Source of the DNA: Pyrodictiaceae archaeon | GTDB lineage: Archaea; Thermoproteota; Thermoprotei_A; Sulfolobales; Pyrodictiaceae | Reading direction: 5' to 3' | DNA: 64,000 nt | Assembly (NCBI GenBank): GCA_027036135.1 | Contig: JALVSY010000016.1 | Coordinates: forward strand, 224,001 to 288,000 | Shown: positions 1-9,035 of the stretch, piece after piece | Numbering within the stretch: position 1 is the first letter of the stretch | Layout of the letters: each line of letters starts with the position of its first letter | Translations under genes and position numbers: made by a program | Notes under the pieces: generated by a model | What the model saw: only the letters and a program-made list of their open reading frames with translations | Told to the model about the DNA's origin: nothing | The model's database searches: none

Positions 1-915
1 GCGGGGGTGCTAAGCCCCGAGGAAGTGATACGTGTAAGAGATTATGCGTTAGCAGAGGTCGCTGCAAAGGGCCTTGGCTCTGCCGGGTTTCTCCTAGTAG
101 TTGCTGCTGCTCTTGCCTCGACGGCATCGGCCATCAACGCCACGCTGTACGGCACCGCAGGCATTAGCTACATTGTCGCAAAGTATGGCCAGCTACCGAG
201 GGAACTTGGTAAGAAAATATGGCGTAATGCCCCGGAAGGTCTTGTGGCCATATCTCTACTATCCCTTGTCCTTGTTAACACAGAGGGTCTCGAGGCAATC
301 TCTTTCACCGGTAGCGGAGGCTTCCTCCTAGTCTTTGGCTTCGTAAACCTAACCGCGTACAAGTTAAGGAAGAAGATAAGGGCTAATCCACTATTGACGC
401 TCCTAGGTGCTGCTCTAGCATTTACTGCCTTGGCGATAATGACCTATAAAACAATCATAACTAGCCCCTTTCAAGTAGCCCTATTCGCAGCAATAGTAGC
501 TATGTCATTCATAATAGAATATACCTATAGGGCTATTACGCATAGAGAACTCGAAAGATACATTGATGAAAACCTGAGGGCACGAGAAGAGGCAATAGCT
601 AACTGGGATAAATGGCTTCCAAGTGTTATCAAACACATAGTCAGTAGGCTAAAAGCAATAGAAGTCTACCTAGTTGGTAGTGTTGCTCGAGGAGAACTCC
701 ACGTCGCCCACGACGTTGACATACTCGTTGTAACTGAGGCCAAGATAGCCGAGGACGAAGTGAAAAAACTGGTACACGAGCTCCGAGAAAGAGGTATTCT
801 AAAACACCACCACCCACTGGATATCCATGTATCAACACTGGAAGAAAGGGAGAAATGGCTACAACATAGCAAGAAGTATAAGACTTTATACCAGGGCAAG
901 AAGAGTAATGAGTGA
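1..915 (+). CDS. APC-family amino acid permease (C-terminal part) fused to a minimal nucleotidyltransferase (MNT) domain; 5' end lies outside the window
   Basis: APC-type TM segments (AALASTASAINATLYG, YGQLP) followed by the pol-beta/MNT motif VYLVGSVARG...HDVDILVV and LDIHV. Confidence 0.8.
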   Translation, partial: AGVLSPEEVIRVRDYALAEVAAKGLGSAGFLLVVAAALASTASAINATLYGTAGISYIVAKYGQLPRELGKKIWRNAPEGLVAISLLSLVLVNTEGLEAISFTGSGGFLLVFGFVNLTAYKLRKKIRANPLLTLLGAALAFTALAIMTYKTIITSPFQVALFAAIVAMSFIIEYTYRAITHRELERYIDENLRAREEAIANWDKWLPSVIKHIVSRLKAIEVYLVGSVARGELHVAHDVDILVVTEAKIAEDEVKKLVHELRERGILKHHHPLDIHVSTLEEREKWLQHSKKYKTLYQGKKSNE

Positions 916-978
916 TGATGTTCGCTAGGGCAGACCTCGTCACCCTAATGGGATGAAGACTTATGGCGGAGGCTGATA
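910..978 (+). ncRNA. C/D box guide sRNA candidate
   Basis: C box GTGATGA 912-918, D' CAGA 931-934, C' GGATGAA ~951-957, D CTGA 973-976. The D' guide GTTCGCTAGG is complementary to the archaeal 23S motif CCUAGCGAAC (recalled). Confidence 0.7.
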
Positions 979-1043
979 TTATCCCATGCGCAAGACATTT
1001 TTTACTAAAGAACTCCTAGGCTAGAGCCTATGGGTGAACCACT

Positions 1044-3101
1044 ATGAAGCTGAGAACCCTTACTGTACTGATCATACCCTTGCTATTATTAATACCAATA
1101 ATCGGCGTGGCTCATAGCGAGCAAGGATACATCTGGATAAGAACCGTGACGATGCTAGTACCAGCTGTCGCTGAGACGCCTCAGGGCTATGTTGGCGTTG
1201 CATCAAGGCTCGTGGTCTCCGTTGCATATCCGGGTCATGGCATAGTATACTTCGCAGCAGAACCGTTAACACAGCTTGATACACAAGCCGCTGCAAGGAT
1301 AGCAGCAATAGTCGCATCTATCCTTGCAGGAACTGATTTCTATTCATACGATTACTTCATACACTTAAAAGCAAACTCAACAATAGTTGGGGGCCCGAGC
1401 GCCAGCGGAGCAATGGCTGTAGCCATTCTAGCCGCGCTGAGAGGAAAGACGATACCAAGCAATTTCTCCATGACGGGGATGGTTGACCCAGACACAACTC
1501 TTGGCCCAGTGGGCGGAATTCCCGAAAAGCTAGAAGCTATGGCTAGGAACGGCGTCAAGGTATTCGTTATACCGGCAGGGCAATCAATAGCCCTTGACCT
1601 AAACACTGGGCGCTACGTGAATGTCACCGCTCTCGGAAAAACACTGGGGGTAAGGGTAATAGAAGCTGATACGATCCTTGATGCCTATATTGTTGCCACA
1701 CATGACAAGGAGCTACTTATGCACATAGAAAGGCTATTAAATAAGAAGATGAATATATATGAGAAGTTTCCTTTGCTCAAGGAAAACCTCCTAGGCGTAA
1801 TAAAGACATTTATGAAACAAGGTAACACAAACCTAACATGCGCACAGAAGCTCGTAGACCAATTAGACCCAGCTATAAGGGGGTTTGTAGAGAAACTCAT
1901 TAAGGAAGCAAAAGAATACCTTGTAGAAGAGAATCGACTTGAACAGCAGGGATTATTCTACTCAGCTGCATCAAGGGCCTTTGCGGCCGCCATAGACTCC
2001 TCGATTGCTTGTAGTGTAGCTAGCTCGTTTAGCTCAAAAAATGTTCTAGACTCCTTGAGAAATCAAGCACAAAGATACATAAACGCGAGCAGCTCAATAA
2101 TTATGGAGGCAAAGAACTCTCTGAAGAAAATGCTTAGTAGGAGTCTGAACGTGGTTGAGCTACAAGTCGCTATAGCTGCAGAGAACAGGATAGATTCTGC
2201 TAACTCAGCTATAAGCGAAGCAAAGTACTATGTAAGAGTAGCAAACCAGACCACGGGTTTCGGCAAAGTAGAGGCTCTCCTCAACGCCGTACAAAGCGCG
2301 GTATATGCATACTATAGGGCAATAACTGTTAAGCAGTGGCTAGATCTTCTAAGCTTAGCCAAGCACGTGCACTCTATTAGGATAGACAAGAAGAGAATAG
2401 CAGGACTAGCAGAGAACTATTACTATATAGCCTCATCGGCTGCGACATACCTACAAGCCTTAGCGAGCAGCGCAGGACTAGTAGTCTCTCCGCCTAGCCA
2501 GTTAGCAGAAGCAAGCAAGATACTAGCAAGAGGAACGCTACAACACAACGTGACTGCTGCACTCCGTGTCCTAGCAATAAGCATAACATCGCTCTCCAAT
2601 ATAGCTACAACAATACATAAGGTATTCAACACAAATACTGAGAAGACCCTGAAAGCTAGCAGGAAGGCATTAACAATTCTAATTGGGCTCGACGAGGCAA
2701 ATAATGCGACACCAATACTCCCAGCCCTCTACGCAGAATATGCATCAATACAACAAGACATTGAAACACAGCTATCACTCTATATGCAAGCAGCTAGCTA
2801 CGCAATTCTACTCAGCGCACTCACGCAACATCGCCAGGGACAAGTCACGGTGGCAAAAACCACTTCCCCAGCCACCAAAACCGTGACAAAGACAGTTACG
2901 AGAACAGTGACAAGCACAGCTACACAAACAAAGACCCTTGTAAAGACAATTACGAAGAGCATACCCACAACGATAACAATGACGAAGACAGAGACATTTA
3001 CAAAGACACGGTCACTAACCAGCTATATATCAAGCCTGCTTATAGCCGCTATAATAGGGATAGCAATAGGCTATATAATAGGTCGCTCAAGGCCCCTATA
3101 G
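1044..3101 (+). CDS. Secreted/membrane-anchored S16 (Lon-like) serine protease, COG1750 type
   Basis: Signal peptide, GGPSASG catalytic Ser, MTGMVDPD..LGPVGGIPEKL catalytic Lys, Thr-rich linker and C-terminal TM anchor. Confidence 0.85.
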   Translation: MKLRTLTVLIIPLLLLIPIIGVAHSEQGYIWIRTVTMLVPAVAETPQGYVGVASRLVVSVAYPGHGIVYFAAEPLTQLDTQAAARIAAIVASILAGTDFYSYDYFIHLKANSTIVGGPSASGAMAVAILAALRGKTIPSNFSMTGMVDPDTTLGPVGGIPEKLEAMARNGVKVFVIPAGQSIALDLNTGRYVNVTALGKTLGVRVIEADTILDAYIVATHDKELLMHIERLLNKKMNIYEKFPLLKENLLGVIKTFMKQGNTNLTCAQKLVDQLDPAIRGFVEKLIKEAKEYLVEENRLEQQGLFYSAASRAFAAAIDSSIACSVASSFSSKNVLDSLRNQAQRYINASSSIIMEAKNSLKKMLSRSLNVVELQVAIAAENRIDSANSAISEAKYYVRVANQTTGFGKVEALLNAVQSAVYAYYRAITVKQWLDLLSLAKHVHSIRIDKKRIAGLAENYYYIASSAATYLQALASSAGLVVSPPSQLAEASKILARGTLQHNVTAALRVLAISITSLSNIATTIHKVFNTNTEKTLKASRKALTILIGLDEANNATPILPALYAEYASIQQDIETQLSLYMQAASYAILLSALTQHRQGQVTVAKTTSPATKTVTKTVTRTVTSTATQTKTLVKTITKSIPTTITMTKTETFTKTRSLTSYISSLLIAAIIGIAIGYIIGRSRPL

Positions 3102-3965
3102 CCATGGAACATCTTCTGGATCCCTTGGCTCAATACTCACGTTGATCTCTTTTCCCGTTATCTTCTTGAGCATTGATTGTAACTCCTCGGAGAGTTCATC
3201 GTACCGCTCGCCACTCTTCCTAGCATTGGATGGATGCGCCCTACGTGGTATCCAAACCTGAATAACCAATGCCTCCGAGCGCAGCGTTATCCTCGAGACC
3301 TTGTAGTCTAGACTATTAGCAAGCTTCTCTGCTACAAGCCAAAGCCCGCTCCTTTGAGAAAAAGCCCTCCTGGCCTCCCCGACGGGGTCGCTTCCCGCTA
3401 TTGACGAAATGTTTCTAGCAAGCAACAATACGTACTCAGGCACGGGATCGTCAACATCAAATTCCTCGAAAAGTCCCTCCAAGAGGCTAGCCCGTCTCGC
3501 AGTATCAAATGCCTCTAAGACGCTTAGCTGAGGAGCGGTCTCTAGGCCACAGCATGTTCGTGTACTTATCTCGGCAAGTGTCTCCGGCAACGACCTCTCC
3601 TCCACAAACATGAGCCAAGCAGCTGCTATTACTGAGCTTCGACCACAGCCGCGAAAGCAATGAACTAGTACTGGCTCTTTGAACTTCTTAAGCATCTTCA
3701 CGATATCTACTAGTGTTGGCGCGTTATACTCGCCTATCGGGCGCCAAATAATCCTTATCCCCGGCTTAAGCCTAGGCAAGGCTCTAGGATCGTAGCCAGC
3801 ACTAAGTACGTGCTCGCTAGGCGGTGAGAGAGAAACCACTGTGTTAAACATACTAGCTATTTTCTCTTCCTCGCCTAGCCTAGGCATGGGGGATACCGCT
3901 AATCTGTTTTCACGGATCCAGCGAAGCTTGAGGCCAGGAGCCCATGTAGTACTCAATGCATTCAC
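3096..3965 (-). CDS. Dual-specificity / protein-tyrosine phosphatase family protein
   Basis: VLVHCFRGCGRS (HCX5R) motif and ETAPQ loop. Confidence 0.85.
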   Translation of the reverse strand: MNALSTTWAPGLKLRWIRENRLAVSPMPRLGEEEKIASMFNTVVSLSPPSEHVLSAGYDPRALPRLKPGIRIIWRPIGEYNAPTLVDIVKMLKKFKEPVLVHCFRGCGRSSVIAAAWLMFVEERSLPETLAEISTRTCCGLETAPQLSVLEAFDTARRASLLEGLFEEFDVDDPVPEYVLLLARNISSIAGSDPVGEARRAFSQRSGLWLVAEKLANSLDYKVSRITLRSEALVIQVWIPRRAHPSNARKSGERYDELSEELQSMLKKITGKEINVSIEPRDPEDVPWL

Positions 3966-4351
3966 CCTGTTTGCTCCATTATAGGTACATACCTAACTAT
4001 ACAATCCTTGATACTCGTTAAAGCTGAGTGAAGCTCAGCTATCTTCTTAGAAGAGCCCTTGACGACCAGAATATCCACGCAGAGATCCCCTATGTGGTGA
4101 TGCATATTGCTGAGCACTATGTCCCGGTACTTCTCTATTATTTTGGCCGTATCCCCGCTTCCATTCCGTTTCACAGCTATCATTACTCCCTTACATTCAT
4201 GCTCATACAAGTAATGAGCATACTCGTGGAGAAACGACTCCAGCGCCCTCTCGACGAGCCTAGACCTATCAACACCGAGTCTCTTAGCAAGCTTATCAAG
4301 CCACTCAGCAATGCTAGATGAGACTGAGATACCAAACCTCCTCCTACTCAT
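3962..4351 (-). CDS. CopG/NikR-family ribbon-helix-helix metal-responsive regulator
   Basis: RRFGISV...LDKLA...RSRLV RHH N-terminus and a NikR-like C-domain (MHHHIGDLCVDILVVKG). Confidence 0.85.
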   Translation of the reverse strand: MSRRRFGISVSSSIAEWLDKLAKRLGVDRSRLVERALESFLHEYAHYLYEHECKGVMIAVKRNGSGDTAKIIEKYRDIVLSNMHHHIGDLCVDILVVKGSSKKIAELHSALTSIKDCIVRYVPIMEQTG

Positions 4352-4368
4352 TACTCCTCGTCCCCGCG

Positions 4369-5244
4369 CTACTGTCTTCCATAGAGGCTAGCTACTGCAT
4401 AAATAAGGAGCATAGATACACCAACAGCCCCAGAAGGTGATACAGGAACCACCATACTAATAAGCATACCCAAGGAGCCAGCCGTCATGGAGGCAACTAG
4501 CGAGACAAACAGGGCCTCTCTAGAACTCTTACCATAACTAGCTCCCAGGGCACCAGGTAAGAGAATCAATATATGCTCAAGAACAAAACCAACAACCTTA
4601 ATGAGAGAGACAACAACGGCTCCGAGAAGAGTAAAGAACACCAAGTCATAGAGCCAAATAGGCGCGCCAGTAAGAAGCGCTGAGTCACGGTCAACACCGA
4701 GGTATATCTGTGCATCAAATGTCAGTACTACACCAACAATAGTGATAATAGCCACTATGGAGGCTATAACGAGTTCGCGAAACGTTACTAGGAGGGGGTC
4801 TCCAAATACCACAGACATTATGTCGAAAGACACCGGTAAGCTAGTCTTAATATAGTATGCTGCGAGCACGCTAAAAGAGCTGGCAAACGCGACCAGGATC
4901 GAGGTAGCTAGATCCGGGTCCACCCCCTTAAATATGAGATAACCAGCAAAATAGATAACGATCACACCCATAAGGATAGATAATGCATAGATGGCATAGA
5001 TTGATGACAAGCCTATGCCAAGCCAATACGCGGTTATCACTGCGCTAAGAGCCGCGAATAGGGCTGAGTGAGGACTTGCACCTGCTAGGAAGTACAAGCG
5101 CCTAGCCGCTATGATTGAGCCAACTAAGCCAAAGAGAATGCTAGCAATAAGTAGTGCAAGAGCTGCGGCTAGCTCAACTCGGATAGCAAAGGAGTAAACC
5201 ATGAGCAAGTCAAATATTATCAGAGAGATAGCGAGCTTTCTCAA
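4369..5244 (-). CDS. Zn/Mn ABC transporter permease (ZnuB-like)
   Basis: RRLYFLAGASPHSAL, VFGDPL, KVVGFVL motifs; multiple TM helices. Confidence 0.9.
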   Translation of the reverse strand: MRKLAISLIIFDLLMVYSFAIRVELAAALALLIASILFGLVGSIIAARRLYFLAGASPHSALFAALSAVITAYWLGIGLSSIYAIYALSILMGVIVIYFAGYLIFKGVDPDLATSILVAFASSFSVLAAYYIKTSLPVSFDIMSVVFGDPLLVTFRELVIASIVAIITIVGVVLTFDAQIYLGVDRDSALLTGAPIWLYDLVFFTLLGAVVVSLIKVVGFVLEHILILLPGALGASYGKSSREALFVSLVASMTAGSLGMLISMVVPVSPSGAVGVSMLLIYAVASLYGRQ

Positions 5245-5251
5245 AGGTATC

Positions 5252-6169
5252 TCACCTCGTTGAGAATATCGAGTAAAGAGCCTTGACTTGTACTATAATG
5301 GTTCCCAGCTTATCTGGTATAGGCTCCTGTAATAGGGGAGATGGAACGCAAAGAACCGGTACCTTATACTGCTTGGCTAGAGCTAAGGTCTTTTCATCAG
5401 CCTTACCCATAGGAGTACATTTACCCAGACTAGAGCTAACTATTACTGCTATCTCCGCTCTACGACTAGCCAGGAGCTCCTTTACTTTCTCGAATTGCTG
5501 GCTAGTTATCCCTGCCTCAGGGCTAGTCATCATTAATGCCTTGAGCCTTATACCTAGCCAACTAACCGCGTATTGTACTAGAGGAGTTGAGCCGACTCCT
5601 TGTACGTCTAGCCTAGGACTGGACTCGGTTATTTCGGCTACTCTGTCGGAGATTTTTCTCGCCATTGCCAAGTAGTGCGAGCTACACGCTGGACGTAGCT
5701 CCGCTAATCTCTTCGCAACATAGTTCACAAATACTATGTAGTTATGTGGATCATATATGGGCATATGCAAGTTAGGAGAAGAAGTGCCAATAATGTTCTC
5801 TATCTTAATGCCAGGTATTCTTGGTATCTCTACTAGCTTTTTGCTGTCAATGTAGTCTCTTAACTTTATCTCGAAGGGTGCATGCCCTGTAGATATCACT
5901 AGGTCCGCTCTTTTTGCCTCCTCTATATCCTCTAGGCTTAGAGTATAGGTATGCGGATCAACACCGGGCGGTACAAGACTAATAACCCTATCTTGTGGGC
6001 AAAGTAGTTGTTTAACATCACTAGCTAATGAAGGAAAGGTTACTACTACTAAGAGGCCCTTACCCTTGCTCTGTGTACTGTATTGGTTAGGCGAGGTAAC
6101 TGTAACGTATCCAGCTATCAATACTCCCGCGATAATTATCGCTAATGAGGCCATCAGTTCGCGGTCCAT
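5252..6169 (-). CDS. Zn/Mn ABC transporter substrate-binding protein (ZnuA-like)
   Basis: VVVTFPSL, PPGVDPHTY, NLHMPIYDP motifs; N-terminal anchor. Confidence 0.9.
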   Translation of the reverse strand: MDRELMASLAIIIAGVLIAGYVTVTSPNQYSTQSKGKGLLVVVTFPSLASDVKQLLCPQDRVISLVPPGVDPHTYTLSLEDIEEAKRADLVISTGHAPFEIKLRDYIDSKKLVEIPRIPGIKIENIIGTSSPNLHMPIYDPHNYIVFVNYVAKRLAELRPACSSHYLAMARKISDRVAEITESSPRLDVQGVGSTPLVQYAVSWLGIRLKALMMTSPEAGITSQQFEKVKELLASRRAEIAVIVSSSLGKCTPMGKADEKTLALAKQYKVPVLCVPSPLLQEPIPDKLGTIIVQVKALYSIFSTR

Positions 6170-6216
6170 CGTTAGTCGCCCTTGGCTAGCTAGGATGGCT
6201 TAGAGCCCCGGATGTA

Positions 6217-6259
6217 TTGTGCACAGATATTTATAGAAGTTAATATTAGTTGTGCACAG
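6217..6259. promoter_or_regulatory. Paired palindromic operator candidates TTGTGCACAG flanking the divergent promoter
   Basis: TGTGCACA at 6218-6225 and 6251-6258 with an AT-rich TATA-like core between them. Confidence 0.6.
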
Positions 6260-6275
6260 TAGGGGGTTGTAAGGT

Positions 6276-7067
6276 ATGCAAGAGTACTTGCTGAAACAAC
6301 GCACCAACATTCATGGCCTGATAGTGGAGGTAAGGGATCTCGAGGTAAGGTACAGAGACATAGTAGCTGTTAGAGTTGATAAGCTACGGCTGGAGGGCCC
6401 AGCCCTTGTACAAGTACTTGGGCCAAACGGAGCTGGTAAAACATCATTGCTTAGAACTATGCTTGGCCTCATAAAGCCGAGCAGGGGCAGGGTAATTATC
6501 TGTGGTAGAGACGTTACTGCTAATCCCAGGGAGGCTGGTAAGTGTACAGGCTATGTCCCTCAAGTCATTACGCAGAGTACCCATTATCCCGTTACCCCCC
6601 TTGAGCTTGTAAACTATGAGCTGCGGCTACGTGGGCTAAGAAAAACCCGCACAGAGATCGAAGACCTGCTAAGAGCTGTAGGCTTATCACCGGAGGCCTG
6701 GAATAAACCACTAAGAGAGCTTAGTGGCGGACAGAGACAAAGAGCATTCATAGCAAGAGCACTTATCCATAACCCCGAGGTATTATTAATGGATGAGCCC
6801 TTCTCAGCGGTTGATCCGAGAGGCAGGGCAGCACTAGCAAGGTTTATAGGTTCTCTTAGCAAGGAGAAGCTCGTAATAGTAACTAGTCATGATCCAATGC
6901 TTCTACTGCCCTATACATCCACTATAGTCTTGATTAACCGTAGCATAGTGGCGATTGGACGCCCAGAAGAAGTTCTTAACATGGAGCTACTTGAGCGTGT
7001 TTACGGCGAGGCAGTAATGTGGGTTGAAAGACACATCCATATAAGTGATAGCCATATCGCTACTTAG
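6276..7067 (+). CDS. Zn/Mn ABC transporter ATP-binding protein (ZnuC-like)
   Basis: GPNGAGKT, LSGGQRQR, LLMDEP, SHD motifs. Confidence 0.92.
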   Translation: MQEYLLKQRTNIHGLIVEVRDLEVRYRDIVAVRVDKLRLEGPALVQVLGPNGAGKTSLLRTMLGLIKPSRGRVIICGRDVTANPREAGKCTGYVPQVITQSTHYPVTPLELVNYELRLRGLRKTRTEIEDLLRAVGLSPEAWNKPLRELSGGQRQRAFIARALIHNPEVLLMDEPFSAVDPRGRAALARFIGSLSKEKLVIVTSHDPMLLLPYTSTIVLINRSIVAIGRPEEVLNMELLERVYGEAVMWVERHIHISDSHIAT

Positions 7068-7752
7068 CCCTAGTAATCTCGAATATTATCTTTTCAACCT
7101 CGCCTCTCTCAATAACATTTCTAGGAGGCCTTTTTCCAAGACATTTTTCATCGTTTATGGGCTCGCTACAGTACATTGCCTCACTAATCTCTCCGCGCAG
7201 CTCAACAGGTGGTAGTATTGCTGCCGCTCTTATCTCGCCCTTCTTTATTGACTCTATATTCGTTATAATAGTGTATGTTAATACACCTTGAGCCCTAGTC
7301 ACGTATAGTTTCCCCGCTCCGTAATGCTTAGCCACACTAAGAACTCTCACACACTCGATATCAATAGCATAAAGGGGGTCATTTTCATCGCCGAGAATGA
7401 GTCGGTACGGCAAACCATATAGTATCCTTATAGCGTACTTAGCTTTCGCGATGCTCATCCGCGCCTTCTTATCAAGACTCATAGTCCTGATCTTATCCCA
7501 GGGTAGTAGGCGCCTCGCTATCTCTTTGCTAATCTCTTGGAGCCGCTTAACGGATTCATGCTCAGCAAGCATGCGTGGAGGGAGAAAGCTATACTTTATG
7601 CTCATTAGCTGCTTCCTAGCCTCCTCTACTAAGGCCTCTAGGCTTCTCCACTCAACAACCCCAGGTATGCTACGTGCCCGGACAATATTCTCTAACAAGC
7701 CTAGGGCATGCTCAGCTACGAGTACTCGGTAATCGTTACGTGTATCACTCAT
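7060..7752 (-). CDS. tRNA-binding protein with C-terminal EMAP/OB domain (COG2517)
   Basis: DTRNDYRVLVAE N-terminus; V.KH..A.KL, IITN, LPP..L.G..SEAM. Confidence 0.8.
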   Translation of the reverse strand: MSDTRNDYRVLVAEHALGLLENIVRARSIPGVVEWRSLEALVEEARKQLMSIKYSFLPPRMLAEHESVKRLQEISKEIARRLLPWDKIRTMSLDKKARMSIAKAKYAIRILYGLPYRLILGDENDPLYAIDIECVRVLSVAKHYGAGKLYVTRAQGVLTYTIITNIESIKKGEIRAAAILPPVELRGEISEAMYCSEPINDEKCLGKRPPRNVIERGEVEKIIFEITRAK

Positions 7753-7801
7753 CCCGAAACCATTCCCCTATCTCGGAGAACCTGGTAAGGGGCAAAACAA
7801 G

Positions 7802-8149
7802 TTACTCCTCTATATCCGCAAGGCGCTCGAGAGCTAAGCGTAGCTGACCAAGCACAAGCCTCTTCTTACTAACTAGCTTAGAAACAAGCTCGTCAACACC
7901 TCTAGCAAACGCGTAAACACCGTAGGGAGTATAGAGAAGCTCGTCGCAATGCCACATATACGGCTTAACACTACCCTCAGCAACCATCTTCACGTAAACC
8001 CAGCCATCATGCTCGGACACAGCTATAAGGACACCATCACCACCATCACAGTACAAGAGCGTGCATCCAGGCTTCTCCTCGACAACGCCTATCTTCGAGC
8101 ACATGCCGCGCTCCTTTAGAAGCTTCCTCACCGCTTCAGCCAACGTCAT
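7802..8149 (-). CDS. Hypothetical protein
   Basis: ORF with a GAGGTA RBS, coding-like composition. Confidence 0.6.
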   Translation of the reverse strand: MTLAEAVRKLLKERGMCSKIGVVEEKPGCTLLYCDGGDGVLIAVSEHDGWVYVKMVAEGSVKPYMWHCDELLYTPYGVYAFARGVDELVSKLVSKKRLVLGQLRLALERLADIEE

Positions 8150-8257
8150 ACCGTGTTACCTCGCCTCTTCCTCTATGCAGCAACATCGCTAGCAGAGATA
8201 ATTAAACCCCAACGCCGAGCCAGAATACGACACAGGAACAACCCACTATCGCAATCT

Positions 8258-8323
8258 ACATGATGACCCCGCGCCTCCAGAGCGAAACAGCCTACGCGAT
8301 GAAGAAGGTCTTGAGTGCTGACC
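8258..8323 (+). ncRNA. C/D box guide sRNA, predicted tRNA-Leu(CAA) Cm34 guide
   Basis: C ATGATGA 8260-8266, D' CAGA 8278-8281, C' CGATGAA 8297-8303, D CTGA 8318-8321. D guide GGTCTTGAG is complementary to CUCAAGACC. Confidence 0.8.
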
Positions 8324-8466
8324 TAGGTTTGTGTAGTCAAGTACAATTCTTGGTATAATTAATGAGTCCTATTAAAGTGAGGAATCTTATTTATTAAAGT
8401 CTTTTTTATATTAGTTAAAAATTATAAAAGATTAGAGAGAATTTTAGTATTAGCGATTACATGTTC

Positions 8467-8841
8467 TTACTCTACTGTTATGTCCTTTCTTTCTTCCCAT
8501 ATTCCGTGGAGGTTGCAGTAGGCTAGGGCATATATTGTGCCGCTTTTCTCTAGCTTGACCTTTATCGTTATCTCTGGCTCTGAGTAGACTGGTTCGAGCT
8601 CAATACTGGCTATTCTTATTGGGTTGAATACTCTGCCTTCCTCGTAGAACCATAGCTCTATTCTCCTAATGGAGTGCTGGGGTTCATTAGGGTGTGGGCC
8701 TACTTTGACTTTTACCTCAAAGGGCTCGCCTTTCTTTACCTTGTCTGGTGCTTCTAGCTTCGGTGTGTGGCTTTCGGCCTTGGTTGCTACTGGTCCTCCG
8801 GCTTCCTTTGTGTATATGAGTTCTCCGAATTTCTTAGCCAT
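8467..8841 (-). CDS. Superoxide reductase-like / desulfoferrodoxin class II SORL protein
   Basis: ESHTP, PHPNEPQHSI, YCNLHGIWE iron-ligand motifs. Confidence 0.9.
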   Translation of the reverse strand: MAKKFGELIYTKEAGGPVATKAESHTPKLEAPDKVKKGEPFEVKVKVGPHPNEPQHSIRRIELWFYEEGRVFNPIRIASIELEPVYSEPEITIKVKLEKSGTIYALAYCNLHGIWEERKDITVE

Positions 8842-8934
8842 GGGTTGTTCACCGTGTTAGTGTTTATAGTTATTTGTGAGTAGAAATAGTTTTTGTTTTG
8901 TGGTTGCTTTAAAGGGATTTACTAACCCAATTTG

Positions 8935-8952
8935 TTTAACTCACGTTTACAT
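8935..8952. promoter_or_regulatory. AAC-N4-GTT palindromic site (candidate redox regulon)
   Basis: TTTAAC-TCAC-GTTTACAT; identical flanks recur at 49955-49972. Confidence 0.5.
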
Positions 8953-9035
8953 AGTGTAGGTATAGAAGCACCTCTTATCACCGATTCGAATATTATAAGC
9001 TAGGCTCCCTTTAGGTAAGGCGAGGAGACTATGCA

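Noticed and set aside
2850-3020. ACA/AC-rich repetitive stretch
   Set aside because: It encodes the Thr-rich linker of the S16 protease; not a CRISPR or DNA repeat
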